Shown: piece after piece, positions 63,121 to 64,000 of the stretch
Numbering within the stretch: position 1 is the first letter of the stretch
Layout of the letters: the number at the start of each line of letters is the position of its first letter
Assembly: GCF_001194135.2 (NCBI RefSeq)
Contig: NC_068983.1
Coordinates: forward strand, 149,625,706 to 149,689,705
Direction of reading: 5' to 3'
Origin: Octopus bimaculoides
Taxonomy: Eukaryota
Length of the DNA: 64,000 nucleotides
Notes under the pieces: model-generated
Told to the model about the DNA's origin: nothing
Seen by the model: the letters and a program-made list of their open reading frames with translations, nothing else
The model's database searches: none
Position numbers and translations under genes: made by a program

Positions 63121-64000
63121 CAAAACCAGGAGAAAAAATAGAAAAGAAGAACAAAGAGAGAAAAACAAAAGAAAGAATGAAAAAAAAAGAAAGAAAGAAA
63201 ATGGAGAAAAACACACAGTTTAAATTAAATTCGGGGAATTCCCAATCACATTAGGGGATTTCCAGAATTCACTTTTAGTCTGTTTGTTTAGTTTTTAGCA
63301 ACAAACATTTTATAAATATGATTATTACCGAATATAATGACGGAGTTAATGTGTAAGCACCCCTCCCCCTTCCGTTTTTAAAAATAAATTTCTTCGGATT
63401 CCAACAATCGATTGGTATTGGACTCGAGTAAGTAAAACTAAATGTTCGGCAAGTTCCATATAAAATTTTTATTTCTGAACAGTGAAAAAGACAGTCGCGC
63501 GCGCGCGCACACACACATTGTCTCATTTGCACGAGCGACTTGAACAGTGGCACACTCGCACACACACTCACTCACACACATAAATATATACGTTTTATGT
63601 TTTCACGAATCATCCGCTTGGGATTTGTTTACATATTTGTGTGTGTGTGTCTGTGTGTGTGTATGTATGTATGTATGTATGTAATTAATACAAATAATAG
63701 GATAAACTCTTGGACAGTCAAGACTATTGATAAAGTTGCAAGACGCAACGAAAATTTTAGGAAAATAAAAATATGAAATAAGTGGAAATTTTAACGGTGA
63801 GTGTGTTAAATTTCAAGGCACAATAAGAAAATGACTCTCCCCAGACACAACAGAATTTATCAAGTAGTTGTGAAAAAATTCATAGAGAAGAATCTATCGT
63901 TTTTCCCTAAATCATATTTATCTATCTATATATATAAATAGATAAATATGTATTATGTAACGGTGTGTGTAAGCTGAAAAAGAAACTACAGAAATAAAAA

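Overview
AT-rich, repeat-dense animal genomic DNA. The SINE, RTE and MITE families and the microsatellite load are typical of an octopod cephalopod (Octopus-like; inferred from repeat sequences only). Three protein-coding genes can be reconstructed by hand with in-frame GT-AG splicing. (1) COA1, cytochrome c oxidase assembly factor 1 homolog: + strand, 4 coding exons, 3699..8402, 141 aa. (2) A four-transmembrane MS4A/CD20-like protein: - strand, 6 coding exons, 36268..19415, 244 aa, with a CpG-rich NRF1/ETS-type promoter near 37.0 kb. (3) An intact but intronless maelstrom (MAEL) piRNA-pathway gene: - strand, 62951..61296, 551 aa. A probable orphan terminal exon at 39390..39215 (-) hints at a fourth gene. 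The rest is transposon-derived: RTE, CR1, R4/Dong and Penelope retroelement remnants, tRNA-derived SINEs, a mariner transposase fragment, a Helitron 3' end and several hairpin MITEs. The most unusual structure is a ~395 bp palindrome (55786..56180): two head-to-head copies of a tRNA-headed SINE-like element, each carrying a degenerate minimal hammerhead ribozyme. There are three assembly gaps. All gene models and family calls were made by eye, without alignment searches.
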